Below are positions 42,202-52,406 of a DNA stretch of 64,000 nt, piece after piece. Location of the stretch: assembly GCA_017455845.1 (NCBI GenBank), contig JAFSYY010000119.1:14678-78677 (forward strand), written 5' to 3'. Below the pieces are notes generated by a model that had not been told where the DNA came from, made no database searches, and worked only from the letters and a program-made list of their open reading frames with translations. Source of the DNA: Prevotella sp. GTDB taxonomy: Bacteria; Bacteroidota; Bacteroidia; Bacteroidales; Bacteroidaceae. The first letter of the stretch is position 1. Each line of letters starts with the position of its first letter. The translations under genes and the position numbers were made by a program.

Positions 42202-42310
42202 GTCAATAGTAAGTTATTGTCCTACTCTCTATTACTTTTTTTTAAATGGTCTCAAAGAAAAAGAAAGAAAAGGAAGATGATATGTGGACCTAGGCCTACT
42301 CTTCTGGCAG

Positions 42311-45300
42311 TCAGGGGGCAGTGGTCTTCAATTCTATTGGGCCGAGAAGTCCGGCAGGCAGGAGATTGTCACCCTGGGTGCGGTATTTGGCGTTGGTCCA
42401 GATGCCGTCGTAGGGCGGCTTACCCTGGTCCATGCCTCGCAGGGCGTTGTGCCAGGTGTTCACCACCTCTATCTCTATCTTGTTCTTGCCTTTTTTCAAG
42501 GCTCCTGAAATCTCCACTTCGTATGGTGCTGTCCAGGCGATGCCACAGTCCTGGCCATTCACCCACACATGGGCGATATCCTTCACGTTGGGCATTGAGA
42601 GCCAAGCACGACCTTGCGGAACTTCGTCCTTTTTCAGTTTCAGTGCCGTCGTGTAGCGTGCATGTCCGCTGAAATACCGTATGCGGTCGTTGTCGCTCTG
42701 GCTCCAGTCAAAGAGTTGGCGTGTCTTTACTGTCTCGCCGTTCTCACGGAACGTCACCTCCCACTTCAACTTTTCACCAAGAGGTTTTGAGTATTGCCTG
42801 TTCTGACTCTCTCGCCTGGCATCCAGGATATGGAATCCTGCCATCACGAAGACAGAGCCATGTTTTTGGAGCGTGATATCTACACAACTATATTCACCCT
42901 CACGCTGCTCCCGAAACGTCATCGGAGCACCCGTGAGAGGATTTACTAATTCTGTCACATTGCTGTCAATACGGAACTTGGCCTGGAATGTGCATACCGA
43001 GTCTGTTTGGTTACTTAGGAAATAGTAATTAGTCTTCCCTGCCTTGCGGTGAGTGAAGGCGATGCCCTCGGGCAGGACTACATCGCGTGGCAGTCCTGGC
43101 AGCGTATCTGACAGCCAGGGCTCGGTAATAACGGTGATGCCACAACGTTCCAGCGAGTCAATCTTCTGCTGCGATGCTTCGCTCACCTTTGTTCCTTTCG
43201 GCACCACCAACACCCTATAGTTTGGCATATCATCATCAACAGGGTCATAGTACTTGGAAGTCCATCGCGAGAGTCCGTCGGGATTCATCGAGTCGTAATG
43301 GTAGCCGTGGAGAGGATTCACCCAGTCCTTCAGGTCAAGGATATTGGCGTTATGGCGTACGCCGACGGGCGATTCTTCCATGGGTAAACCATGGTTCGCA
43401 AGACGCTCGCGCTCGGCGGCCACGCGCTCCGCCCCGAAAAGGCCGGGCAGCATGGGCACCAGTTTGTCGGGCGTGAGGGCGCGGCGGGGCATCTCCTCGC
43501 CAGTGAAGACGGCGATGTCGACCACGGGTTTGCCCCTTTGCAGGAGTTTCTGACAGCGGGTGACATAGTCGACGAGGGCTTTTGCCTCAGGGAACCACGT
43601 CTGGTCGCGCTGGAAGAAGAGGCCGATGCCGTCGAGCGTCATGCCGGGGCGTCGGTCGGTCCATGGGTTGTGGGTAAAGACGTGGAAGAACAGGCGGTTC
43701 ATGCCCAAACAAAAATTACGGTCGAGGAGAGGCTTGATGCTCGCCGGCGTCTCGTCCCATACGCCGCGCACCTCCGTAAAGCCCTCGGCCTGAATGATGT
43801 TCTTGCCGTAGACATGGGCACCGCTGATGGCGTCGAGCATGTCGTTGGGCTTGTCGTGGGTGGGGCTGTTGAGCCAGAACTCACCCATGGGCAGGTCGGC
43901 ATAACGATAGTGCTCCATGCCGTCGCTGACCATCGTCGGGGCGACGCTCTCGCAGGAGAGCAGCACGCCGTAGTCCTTGGCCTTTTGTGCCACAGTAGCG
44001 AAGAATACCTCGCCGATAAGTTCGTTGATGGTCTTGCGGATGTCGCGCAGCACATCGTCGCTGCTCAGACCGAGGGCTTTCGCCTCGGCCATGTCATCGA
44101 CGGGGATGCCGGCATAGACGGGCATGAAAGGCAGCAGGTCGTAGCCGCGCCTTTTATGGAACTCCTCTGCGAAGTTGCGGCTCCAGTTTTGCGAGCCGCA
44201 CTCCCAGGAGTCTACGTGCATATACTTCACCACGTCGGCGTGCGGACGCTTCTTGAACTCGCCGAACCAGTGGTCTATCTGCTTGTTGACCGCCGCCGCC
44301 GAGAACTTGTCGCACTCCAGACCCTTGCCGCCGCCGGCAGTGGCGTTTGTGTGGCCCGTTGTGGTGTGGCCGAAGCGGATGGGGCGGTAAGAGACGGGAG
44401 TGGCGGGAGTGATGACGGGAGTGACGGGAGTGATAGCATTGGCGGGTATGCGCCACACGCTGCCGTTCTTGCTCTCGTACTGGTCTATGCGAGGCTCTGC
44501 CGACAGAGTCAGTTCCTTGATTTTCAGCACCGGCGACCACTTGGCGGCATCAAGGTCTTCGCTGCCCGGCTCGGTGCCCTCCGGTGTCCAGCAGAAACGG
44601 AAATGGCGTGCCGTGGTCTCTGGAAGAGCGTAGGTATAGGCCTCGTCGGTGTTCTGCCAGCCCTGACGGGGCGGCATCAGTTGGCTGATGTGGCGAAAGG
44701 CTGTGCCGTCGTCGCTGGCCTGCACAAGCAGCCGCTGGGCCTGCAGGTTGTTGCCGCTGGGCACGATGCGCAGGCTGCGCACCGTCTGCGGCTCGTCGAA
44801 ATTGTATTGGATATAGCCGGGCTCCTTGCTGCGGAAGGTTTCTTTTTCATCGCGCACGATGGTGCCGGTGATGGTGGCAGGGGCGATATTATCGCCCCAT
44901 ACAGGACAGTTGAAGGCTGCGATGTCTTCGTAGTATTCGCCGGGAGCAACGGGAGGCGACGGAAGGAGGGAGGCGATGGTGTCGCTCCACACCACCTTCT
45001 GCATAGACTCCTCGGGCGTTATCCACGGTCCGCCGGCCAGGGCGAAGCCGTCGCAGACGTGGATGCCCATCTCCAAGCCGAGGCTGTCGGCCTGCGCGAA
45101 GGCATAGTCTACCATCTGCCAGAACGCCGGTGAGAGTTGTTGCGCCTTGCCCTCGTATTCCGGTCTTTCCGACACCCCGCGGATGGGCATGAGGTAGCAG
45201 CCCCCCAGTCCCACGTCTTTCATCGCCTGCAGGTCGGCCTTGATGCCTGGCTTCGAGACGGCGCCGTACATCCAGTACCAGAAGGTCCAGGGGCGGGCGG

Positions 45301-45364
45301 TTTCCGAGCATCGCGATGACATAGCGATAAACAGGACAAAAGCGGTGATGACAAGTCTTTTCAT
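42311..45364 (-). CDS. GH106 alpha-L-rhamnosidase
   Basis: RPWTFWYWM...GIKADL, HVDSWE, PMGEFW, AHVYGK...AEGFT, SGHARY. Confidence 0.88.
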   Translation of the reverse strand: MKRLVITAFVLFIAMSSRCSETARPWTFWYWMYGAVSKPGIKADLQAMKDVGLGGCYLMPIRGVSERPEYEGKAQQLSPAFWQMVDYAFAQADSLGLEMGIHVCDGFALAGGPWITPEESMQKVVWSDTIASLLPSPPVAPGEYYEDIAAFNCPVWGDNIAPATITGTIVRDEKETFRSKEPGYIQYNFDEPQTVRSLRIVPSGNNLQAQRLLVQASDDGTAFRHISQLMPPRQGWQNTDEAYTYALPETTARHFRFCWTPEGTEPGSEDLDAAKWSPVLKIKELTLSAEPRIDQYESKNGSVWRIPANAITPVTPVITPATPVSYRPIRFGHTTTGHTNATAGGGKGLECDKFSAAAVNKQIDHWFGEFKKRPHADVVKYMHVDSWECGSQNWSRNFAEEFHKRRGYDLLPFMPVYAGIPVDDMAEAKALGLSSDDVLRDIRKTINELIGEVFFATVAQKAKDYGVLLSCESVAPTMVSDGMEHYRYADLPMGEFWLNSPTHDKPNDMLDAISGAHVYGKNIIQAEGFTEVRGVWDETPASIKPLLDRNFCLGMNRLFFHVFTHNPWTDRRPGMTLDGIGLFFQRDQTWFPEAKALVDYVTRCQKLLQRGKPVVDIAVFTGEEMPRRALTPDKLVPMLPGLFGAERVAAERERLANHGLPMEESPVGVRHNANILDLKDWVNPLHGYHYDSMNPDGLSRWTSKYYDPVDDDMPNYRVLVVPKGTKVSEASQQKIDSLERCGITVITEPWLSDTLPGLPRDVVLPEGIAFTHRKAGKTNYYFLSNQTDSVCTFQAKFRIDSNVTELVNPLTGAPMTFREQREGEYSCVDITLQKHGSVFVMAGFHILDARRESQNRQYSKPLGEKLKWEVTFRENGETVKTRQLFDWSQSDNDRIRYFSGHARYTTALKLKKDEVPQGRAWLSMPNVKDIAHVWVNGQDCGIAWTAPYEVEISGALKKGKNKIEIEVVNTWHNALRGMDQGKPPYDGIWTNAKYRTQGDNLLPAGLLGPIELKTTAP

Positions 45365-45406
45365 ATTGAGTTGACGAGATAACGTGTTGAGGAGGCAGGG
45401 GTAGTT

Positions 45407-48400
45407 CTATTCGAAATGGAGTATTGCTGAGTAGACGTGTGTACCGGTGACGAAATGGGGCTGTGCCGACGGGCCGTTGAGGTCGGTGGTGTTCACCTTG
45501 TTGCGCACGGCGGGGATGTGTTCCAGCAGTGCGAGGCCGGTCTGGGGCAGGTCGTAAAGGATATGGTCGCGCCCGTCGCGGGGGGTAAAGACACCGACGT
45601 ATGCGGGATATTGGAGGACGTGGGACGGCTCAATGCCGATGGTGCCTTCGCTGGTCTGTAGTTGCATCCACTGCACGCCGGCGAAATAGCCCTTGAACTC
45701 AGGGTACTGCCACGACTCGCCAGGGATGGGGTCGTTGTAGTCGGTCTCGTAATAGCCATACTGCGGCCCTTCCATACGGTTCTGCCATACGCGGTAGGGG
45801 CCGCAGCCCACCCATCGCTTGCTCTTCACCTTTTCTTCGGGATAGTCGAAGCAGATGCCCATCAGGTCGACGACGCCGTTGAAGGTGGCACTGGCCGAAA
45901 GCATCACGCTGCCGTCATCGAAGAAGCACCAGTCTACGGTCTGCAGGCTGCCGTGGCGGTAGCGGGCCGTCAGCACGCCGTCGTTGAACTCGAAGCCGGC
46001 AAACGCACCTTGGTCTGTGTATTCGGTGTACTGCGTCTTCTTCTTGAAGGCTTCCTTGTCGTCGTGGTTATAAAAACCGTCGTCGCTGCGGTCGCTGCGC
46101 TTGGCGGCCACAAAACGCGGGCCGTTGAGTGACAGGTGAGAGGTGTTGGCGGGAGAGCCGCCAGCCACAGCGACGCTCAGCAGGCGGCCGTCGTGCTTGG
46201 AGAAGGTGTAAGAAGCCGGGCCTACCGTCACCGTCAGCGCATCATCTGTTTCGGTCGTGGTTGGAGTCACCGGGCCAAAGACGAAGTCTGAAGGAAACTG
46301 GTGTCTTTTCAGGAAACGCCATGTCATCACCTCCTGACCATGCGGGTTGGTGGCGGTGAGTTCGAGCAGGTCACCATTGCCTTTCGGCAAAGGAAGGGTG
46401 ACGCTTTCGCCAGGCTCTGTTGAAGGCAATGGTATTGCACCCTCGCTGACGGCCTTTTCTGCCGTGGCGCCGTAGCGTGGCAGGTTCATCCAGCGGTAGC
46501 GCAGGGAACAGTCCTTCAGGTTGGTGAAGTTATAGGTGTTTGTGACGGTGATTTCTTTGCCGAGCAGCAAGTGCTGAGAGTTAAAAGTAGGGAGTTCAGG
46601 GCTGGTAGCCGTGATCTGGATAGGACTCCACACCTCTTTGATAGTATAGTAACTGCCCTCGCGCTCGCCGTGCGGCCCTACGATGCCGTCGGAGCCGAAG
46701 TTGCCGACGGGGTCTAAGAGTTGAGAGGGAGTTACAGACCCCACCCCGGCCTTCGGCCACCCCTCCCCTTTTTGCGTCCCTTCGGTAGCAAGCGCCCGCA
46801 AGCGGTCGAGCGGAAGGGAGGGGAGCGGCTGCGCGTTGTTTATCCAGTCGGTGCGCAGTACGGCCTGGTCTTGCAGGTCCCAGAGGAAGCCGCCGGCACA
46901 GCGGGGATTCTGCATCATCAGTTGCCAGTAGTCCTTCAGGCCTGCACCGTGGCCGCCATCGTAGAGACCGTGCAGAAACTCGGTGGGCATGAAGATTTCC
47001 TTCTGTCGCATATACTCCGCCGTCTCGCCCCACGAGCGGTAGTGCTTCGTCTCGAAGCCGTTGCGGTTGGCCCAGGGGTAGAGCACCACGCGCTGCTGCG
47101 GGTCGAATTGATGGAACACCGGCTCTATGTCGTAGTTGAAGCCGCCCTCGTTGCCGTTGCTCCAGAAAATGATGCTGGGGTGGTTGACATCGCGGGTGAC
47201 CATCTCCTCGGCAATCTGCGAGCCGATGATGGTCTCGTGTGCCCAGTGCCAGCCCGGCAGTTCGCACTCCACGTAGAGACCCAGGGAGTCGCAGGCGTCG
47301 AGAAACTCGGGGTCGGCGGGGTAGTGGGAGAGGCGCACGGCGTTCATGTTCATGCTCTTAATCAGCAGCACATCCTCAATGTTCTTCGCCTTCGACAGCG
47401 TGCGGCCGCTCTCCGGGCGGAACGAATGGCGGTTCACGCCCTTGATGATAACCTTCCGGCCATTAACAAACACGCCGTCTTCATCGCAGCCGTAGATATG
47501 CGCAGCCGCTCCCCTCCCTTGCAGGGACTCGTGCGCAGCCGCTCCCCTCCCTTGCAGGGACTCATGCGCAGCCGCTCCCCTCCCTTGCAGGGGAGGGGTC
47601 GGGGGTGGGGTCGCTAACTTATAACTGTGCCGATATTCTATGGTTCGGAAGCCGAAGCGCTGGCGCTCCGTATGCAGCGGTTTCCCCGCGGCATCCTTGA
47701 GGGTGAAGACGGCGGTGTAGAGGTTGGGGGTCTCTACAGTCCATCGTTTCGGATTCTCAACGGTGATGTCGAGGCAGGCGTGGTCGCTGGCGATGGAAAG
47801 GGGGGAACTTTTTCCCACGGACTTGCCCTTTGCATCGATAATATCTACGCTTACCGAACAGCCGGGCAGGGCACGGCTCAGGAACACATCGGCCTGGAAG
47901 CGGCCGTCCATGCCGGCATTGATGGCCACGCGCTGAATATTCTGCATGGGCTTGGCCACTACAAAGACGGGGCGCCAGATGCCGCCGAAGTTCCAGTAGT
48001 CGGCACGCCGCTCGGCGAGGTTCACCTGCGGGTTGGTGCTCTCCTTCAGCACCTCCACTTCCAAGCGGTTCTTCTTGTTTCCGAAAAACACACGGTCGCT
48101 CACATCAATAGTATGGCGGGTAAAGCCGCCCTGATAGGTGCCGTTGCCGGCTTTCCGGCCGTTGATGGTGACGCGGGCCTCTGTGAAGACGGCTTCGAAG
48201 ACAAGCAGGATCTGTCGGCCCTGCCACTCCTGCGGCAGCAAGAACTCCGTCTTATACAGGCCATGCTCGTCGGCGATGCCCTCGGGCGTGGCCTTGCCAT
48301 AGAAGCGCATGCCATACTGATAGGTGCCGAAGCCCTGCAGTTCCCAGCAGGAGGGCACGCCGATCTTCGTCCACTGGCCGGCACGCCGTCCGTCGGTGCA

Positions 48401-48559
48401 TTGAAAGTCCCACTGCACCATGTCATCACACCCCGTGCCGCTGAGATACTGCCGGTGCGTCTCATAGTCGCCGTTCCTCTGTGCCTCTGTACCCTGTCCC
48501 CATGTCACCACTGCCAAGAGTGCAGACAGGCCTGTCGTTAGGATTGTCTTCCTCATCAT
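45407..48559 (-). CDS. GH2 glycosidase
   Basis: KGVNRH, NAVRLSHYP, WSNGNE, TEFLH, GGFLW. Confidence 0.92.
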   Translation of the reverse strand: MMRKTILTTGLSALLAVVTWGQGTEAQRNGDYETHRQYLSGTGCDDMVQWDFQCTDGRRAGQWTKIGVPSCWELQGFGTYQYGMRFYGKATPEGIADEHGLYKTEFLLPQEWQGRQILLVFEAVFTEARVTINGRKAGNGTYQGGFTRHTIDVSDRVFFGNKKNRLEVEVLKESTNPQVNLAERRADYWNFGGIWRPVFVVAKPMQNIQRVAINAGMDGRFQADVFLSRALPGCSVSVDIIDAKGKSVGKSSPLSIASDHACLDITVENPKRWTVETPNLYTAVFTLKDAAGKPLHTERQRFGFRTIEYRHSYKLATPPPTPPLQGRGAAAHESLQGRGAAAHESLQGRGAAAHIYGCDEDGVFVNGRKVIIKGVNRHSFRPESGRTLSKAKNIEDVLLIKSMNMNAVRLSHYPADPEFLDACDSLGLYVECELPGWHWAHETIIGSQIAEEMVTRDVNHPSIIFWSNGNEGGFNYDIEPVFHQFDPQQRVVLYPWANRNGFETKHYRSWGETAEYMRQKEIFMPTEFLHGLYDGGHGAGLKDYWQLMMQNPRCAGGFLWDLQDQAVLRTDWINNAQPLPSLPLDRLRALATEGTQKGEGWPKAGVGSVTPSQLLDPVGNFGSDGIVGPHGEREGSYYTIKEVWSPIQITATSPELPTFNSQHLLLGKEITVTNTYNFTNLKDCSLRYRWMNLPRYGATAEKAVSEGAIPLPSTEPGESVTLPLPKGNGDLLELTATNPHGQEVMTWRFLKRHQFPSDFVFGPVTPTTTETDDALTVTVGPASYTFSKHDGRLLSVAVAGGSPANTSHLSLNGPRFVAAKRSDRSDDGFYNHDDKEAFKKKTQYTEYTDQGAFAGFEFNDGVLTARYRHGSLQTVDWCFFDDGSVMLSASATFNGVVDLMGICFDYPEEKVKSKRWVGCGPYRVWQNRMEGPQYGYYETDYNDPIPGESWQYPEFKGYFAGVQWMQLQTSEGTIGIEPSHVLQYPAYVGVFTPRDGRDHILYDLPQTGLALLEHIPAVRNKVNTTDLNGPSAQPHFVTGTHVYSAILHFE

Positions 48560-48660
48560 TCTTTTTTTATAGGAAATACTTTTTTATAGGACGCACAACT
48601 TGCGCTTTTGTACCTGTTACAAATCGAATGTTTATGCGTCATAAATATAAAACAGACGAT

Positions 48661-50127
48661 ATGCATTCGATCGACTTCATCGTTTTTCTGGCCTTTACCA
48701 TCGGCATAGTGGCCTTCGGCTGTAGTTTCTTCCGAAAGGACGGTTCGGCAGACGAATTCACGTCGGCAGGCCATTCCGTGCCGGGGTGGGTGGTCGGCAT
48801 GAGTATCTTTGCCACATACGTGTCGAGCATCAGTTATATAGGCTACCCGGGCAAGGCTTTCGCCGCCGACTGGAACGCCTTTGTCTTTTCACTGAGCATA
48901 CCCATTGCCAGTTTCTTCGCCGCGAAATACTTCGTGCCCTTCTACCGGAAGAGGGGCTCTGTGTCGGCATACACCTTCCTCGAGGAGAAGTTCGGCCCGT
49001 GGGCGCGGTTCTATGCCTCGGCTTGCTACCTGCTCACACAGATAGCACGCATGGGGTCCATACTCTATCTCCTGGCCGTGCCGATGTACATCCTCATGGG
49101 GTGGAACATCTACGTGGTTATCATACTCACATCCGCCGCCATCATCCTCTATTCCATGATGGGCGGACTGAAAGCGGTGATCTGGGCCGATGCCATGCAG
49201 GGAATCATACTTATTGGCGGTGCGGTGCTCTGCCTGGCCATCTTGCTCTTCAAAATGCCAGAGGGCCCCATGCAGGCTTTCAGCCTTGCCGTAGACAGTC
49301 CCTCGGGCAACAAGTTCTCCTTGGGTGCGTTCTCGGCCGACCTCACCAAGTCCACCTTCTGGGTGTGCCTCATCTATGGCATCTTCATCAACCTGCAGAA
49401 CTACGGCATCGACCAGAACTACGTGCAGCGATACCATGCCGCCAAGACCAATCGCCAGGCACGTTTCTCAGCACTCTTTGGCGGCTATCTCTTCATCCCC
49501 GTGTCGGCCTTGTTCTTTCTCATCGGCACTGTGCTCTACAGTTATTATACCGCCAACCCCCTGTTGCTGCCAGCCGCGATGACGGCCAGACCCGACTATG
49601 TGTTCCCGTACTTCATCGTCAGCGAGTTGCCCGTAGGACTGCGCGGCCTGCTCATTGCCTCTATCTTTGCAGCAGGCATGAGCACCGTTTCTACCAGCGT
49701 CAACTCTGCGGCAACCATCGTGCTCACCGACTATTTCAAGCCTTTCTTCCCCCAGGCAACAGACCGCCACCACCTCGCCGTACTGCGTATATCGAGCGTC
49801 GTCGTGGGCCTGCTGGGCATCATCGTGGCCATTGCCATGCTGAGCGTAGAGAGTATTATCGATGCGTGGTGGAACCTGTCGAGCATCTTCTCCGGCGGCA
49901 TGCTGGGACTCTTTCTACTGGGCTGCATACCGAAGAAGATCAACCGCCAGGCTGCTATCATAGGATGCGTCTGTGGCGTCGCCGTCATAGGATGGATATC
50001 GCTGGCCGACATCTGTGACCTGCCAGGCATCCATCTGCATAAATACCTTGCCATTGTCCTCGGCACTTCCGCCATTTTCCTCATTGGATTCTTTGCCACC
50101 GCTATCATGAAATCAAGAACTAACTAA
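48661..50127 (+). CDS. Sodium:solute symporter (second)
   Basis: SIFATYVSSIS, GGLKAVIWAD, DQNYVQRY, AAGMST. Start set at ATG 48661. Confidence 0.9.
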   Translation: MHSIDFIVFLAFTIGIVAFGCSFFRKDGSADEFTSAGHSVPGWVVGMSIFATYVSSISYIGYPGKAFAADWNAFVFSLSIPIASFFAAKYFVPFYRKRGSVSAYTFLEEKFGPWARFYASACYLLTQIARMGSILYLLAVPMYILMGWNIYVVIILTSAAIILYSMMGGLKAVIWADAMQGIILIGGAVLCLAILLFKMPEGPMQAFSLAVDSPSGNKFSLGAFSADLTKSTFWVCLIYGIFINLQNYGIDQNYVQRYHAAKTNRQARFSALFGGYLFIPVSALFFLIGTVLYSYYTANPLLLPAAMTARPDYVFPYFIVSELPVGLRGLLIASIFAAGMSTVSTSVNSAATIVLTDYFKPFFPQATDRHHLAVLRISSVVVGLLGIIVAIAMLSVESIIDAWWNLSSIFSGGMLGLFLLGCIPKKINRQAAIIGCVCGVAVIGWISLADICDLPGIHLHKYLAIVLGTSAIFLIGFFATAIMKSRTN

Positions 50128-50308
50128 GAGTTATGCCTACTTCCATGCAACCCCGTCATACGGCAAACTGACATATTTTCGCGGCTAACGAGGTCTGTTT
50201 CATCCCTTTTGGAACGCTACGCGTCTTATCAAAAACAAATAAAGGGTCTGAGTTAATCAAATCATTCTGAGAAATCTCAACAACCCGGTAGGGTACATGA
50301 AGTGAAAG

Positions 50309-50950
50309 ATGTCAATACAGGTAACATACAGGCGAACCAGCAGGCTGTCGATGCGCATCGTGAAGAATGGCGATGTACATGTGTCGGCACCTGTCGGTAT
50401 GCCAAAGGCAGAGGTGGAACGATTCATCGAGGAGCACCGTGACTGGATAGCCAAGGCACGTAAGAGTAACTACGAGCGACAGGTGAAGCGGGCACAGTTC
50501 TACAATCAGTTGCCACTTCGGACTAAGGAGCAGGCCGACGATGCGCTGCGACGTTTGAAGGCACTGATAGAGCCGATGGTGGAACGGCACTCAAAGGAGA
50601 TGGGCGTGAAACCATCCGTTGTTTATTACAAGTCGATGATTTCCCGATGGGGCGTATGCAATGTCAAGGATAAGTCCATCTGCTTCTCTGCCTACGTGCT
50701 GCTGTTGCCCGAATGGTGTGTCGAGCATGTGGTGGTGCATGAACTGTGCCATCTGCTGGAACCCAGTCACAATGCCCGTTTCCATGCGCTCATGGATAAA
50801 TACTTCCCACGTTGGAAGGAGGCAAGGAAGGCTGCGATTGAGCGAGTGAAGATTGGAACTTGCTCCAAATCTTCCGAGCGTGAACAGGCTCGACCGAAGG
50901 TCAAAGAGACACGACAAATATGTAGGATGGAGGACGAAGAGGATGAATAA
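50309..50950 (+). CDS. YgjP/M48-like zinc metalloprotease (DUF45)
   Basis: SRWGVC, VVVHELCH, HNARF. Confidence 0.88.
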   Translation: MSIQVTYRRTSRLSMRIVKNGDVHVSAPVGMPKAEVERFIEEHRDWIAKARKSNYERQVKRAQFYNQLPLRTKEQADDALRRLKALIEPMVERHSKEMGVKPSVVYYKSMISRWGVCNVKDKSICFSAYVLLLPEWCVEHVVVHELCHLLEPSHNARFHALMDKYFPRWKEARKAAIERVKIGTCSKSSEREQARPKVKETRQICRMEDEEDE

Positions 50951-50969
50951 AGTATGGAGAATCAGGAGA

Positions 50970-51135
50970 TAGCCAGAAGTATCGAAACTGTATAGCCAGA
51001 AGTATCGAAACTGTATACAACTCGTCTTCCGGCTGTATACAACTTGTATTCGGCCGGAATACAATTTGTATTCAGCCGGAATACATTTTGTATACAGCCT
51101 AAATACATTTTGTATTCAGCCTGAATACAGTTTGT
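50970..51135. repeat. Dispersed 22-bp-periodic element, copy 2 (inverted relative to copy 1)
   Basis: Shares agtatcgaaactgtatacaa..gtcttccggctgtatacaacttgtattc with the reverse complement of 21741-21879. Confidence 0.9.
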
Positions 51136-51346
51136 CTACACAACCATCCGCCGTAAGGAATGTATCTTATTTTCTTTGTTTACGGAGTACCGTGTATTTT
51201 GTTCCTGTTGTTCTGCCTGACACCAAACGGCAAACAGTGGGTGCGCCATAAAGGTACACTCAAAAAAAATTTTTAATTTTTCGGCATTACTTGCATAGAA
51301 CTGCCTAAAAATAATTACCTTTGCACACAAAAACAAATATGACGCT

Positions 51347-51976
51347 ATGGACATCAAGAAACAATTCGCACAGAAACTGATGGACATCAAAGCCATCAAA
51401 CTGCAGCCCGACGCCCCGTTTACATGGGCCAGCGGCTGGAAATCGCCCATCTATACCGACAACCGCAAGACGCTGGGGCACAGCGGCGTGCGCTCGTTTG
51501 TGAAACTCGAACTATGCCACCTCATCCAGGAACACTTCCCTGAGGCCGAGGCCGTGGCAGGCGTGGCAACAGGAGCCATCGCACAGGGTGCGCTGGTGGC
51601 CGATGAACTGTGTCTGCCCTACTGCTACGTGCGTCCGAAGCCGAAAGACCACGGCATGGGCAACCAGGTGGAAGGCGAGATCAAGAAGGGTGCAAAGGTG
51701 ATTGTCGTAGAGGACCTGATATCCACCGGCGGCAGCAGTCTGAAGGCTGTGGCTGCCCTGCGCGACTATGGCGTGGAGGTCATCGGCATGGTGGCATCGT
51801 TCACCTACGGCTTCCCCGTGGCCGAGGAGGCATTCCGTGAGGCCGGCGTCAGGCTGATAACGCTCTCCGACTATGATGCCGTTATCGAGCAGGCTGCCGC
51901 GACGGGCTATATCAAGGAAAGCGAAAAGGCTGTGTTGGCTGAATGGAGAAAAGACCCCAGTGTATGGGGCATATAA
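51347..51976 (+). CDS. pyrE: Orotate phosphoribosyltransferase
   Basis: WASGWKSPIYTD, VVEDLISTGGS. Confidence 0.97.
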   Translation: MDIKKQFAQKLMDIKAIKLQPDAPFTWASGWKSPIYTDNRKTLGHSGVRSFVKLELCHLIQEHFPEAEAVAGVATGAIAQGALVADELCLPYCYVRPKPKDHGMGNQVEGEIKKGAKVIVVEDLISTGGSSLKAVAALRDYGVEVIGMVASFTYGFPVAEEAFREAGVRLITLSDYDAVIEQAAATGYIKESEKAVLAEWRKDPSVWGI

Positions 51977-51986
51977 AGAATAATGA

Positions 51987-52406
51987 ATGGCTATGAAGAA
52001 ATTTGAAAGCAGTATTAAGCAGGTGCCTTATCCTCAGGAGGCTGTCTATCGTAATATCAGTGACCTGAGCAACCTGGAGCGGGTGCGCGACCGTGTGCCC
52101 CAGGATAAGTTGAAGGAGTTTTCTTTCGACCAGGACTCCGTAACTGTCAGTGTGGACCCCGTGGGAAAGGTCACGTTGCGTATCGTGGACCGTGAGGAGC
52201 CTAAGTGCGTGAAGTTTGAGACCACACAGTCGCCCATGCCCTTTAACCTCTGGATCCAGGTACTCCATGTCAGCGAGAGCACCTCGAAGATGAAGGTGAC
52301 GGTGCAGGCCGACATCCCCTTCATGCTGGCCGGCATGGTGAGCGGCCCTATCCAGGACGGCGTAGAGAAGATTGCCGACGCACTGGCACAGATACCGTAT
52401 GAATAA
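51987..52406 (+). CDS. SRPBCC family protein
   Basis: Typical Bacteroidales gene after pyrE; VYRNISDLSNL. Confidence 0.75.
   Translation: MAMKKFESSIKQVPYPQEAVYRNISDLSNLERVRDRVPQDKLKEFSFDQDSVTVSVDPVGKVTLRIVDREEPKCVKFETTQSPMPFNLWIQVLHVSESTSKMKVTVQADIPFMLAGMVSGPIQDGVEKIADALAQIPYE

Noticed and set aside
44393-44433. 9-bp repeats in GH106 (TPV/TPA) and a 15-bp duplication at ~21909-21941
   Set aside because: Short, frame-neutral or intergenic, and explainable by ordinary slippage.
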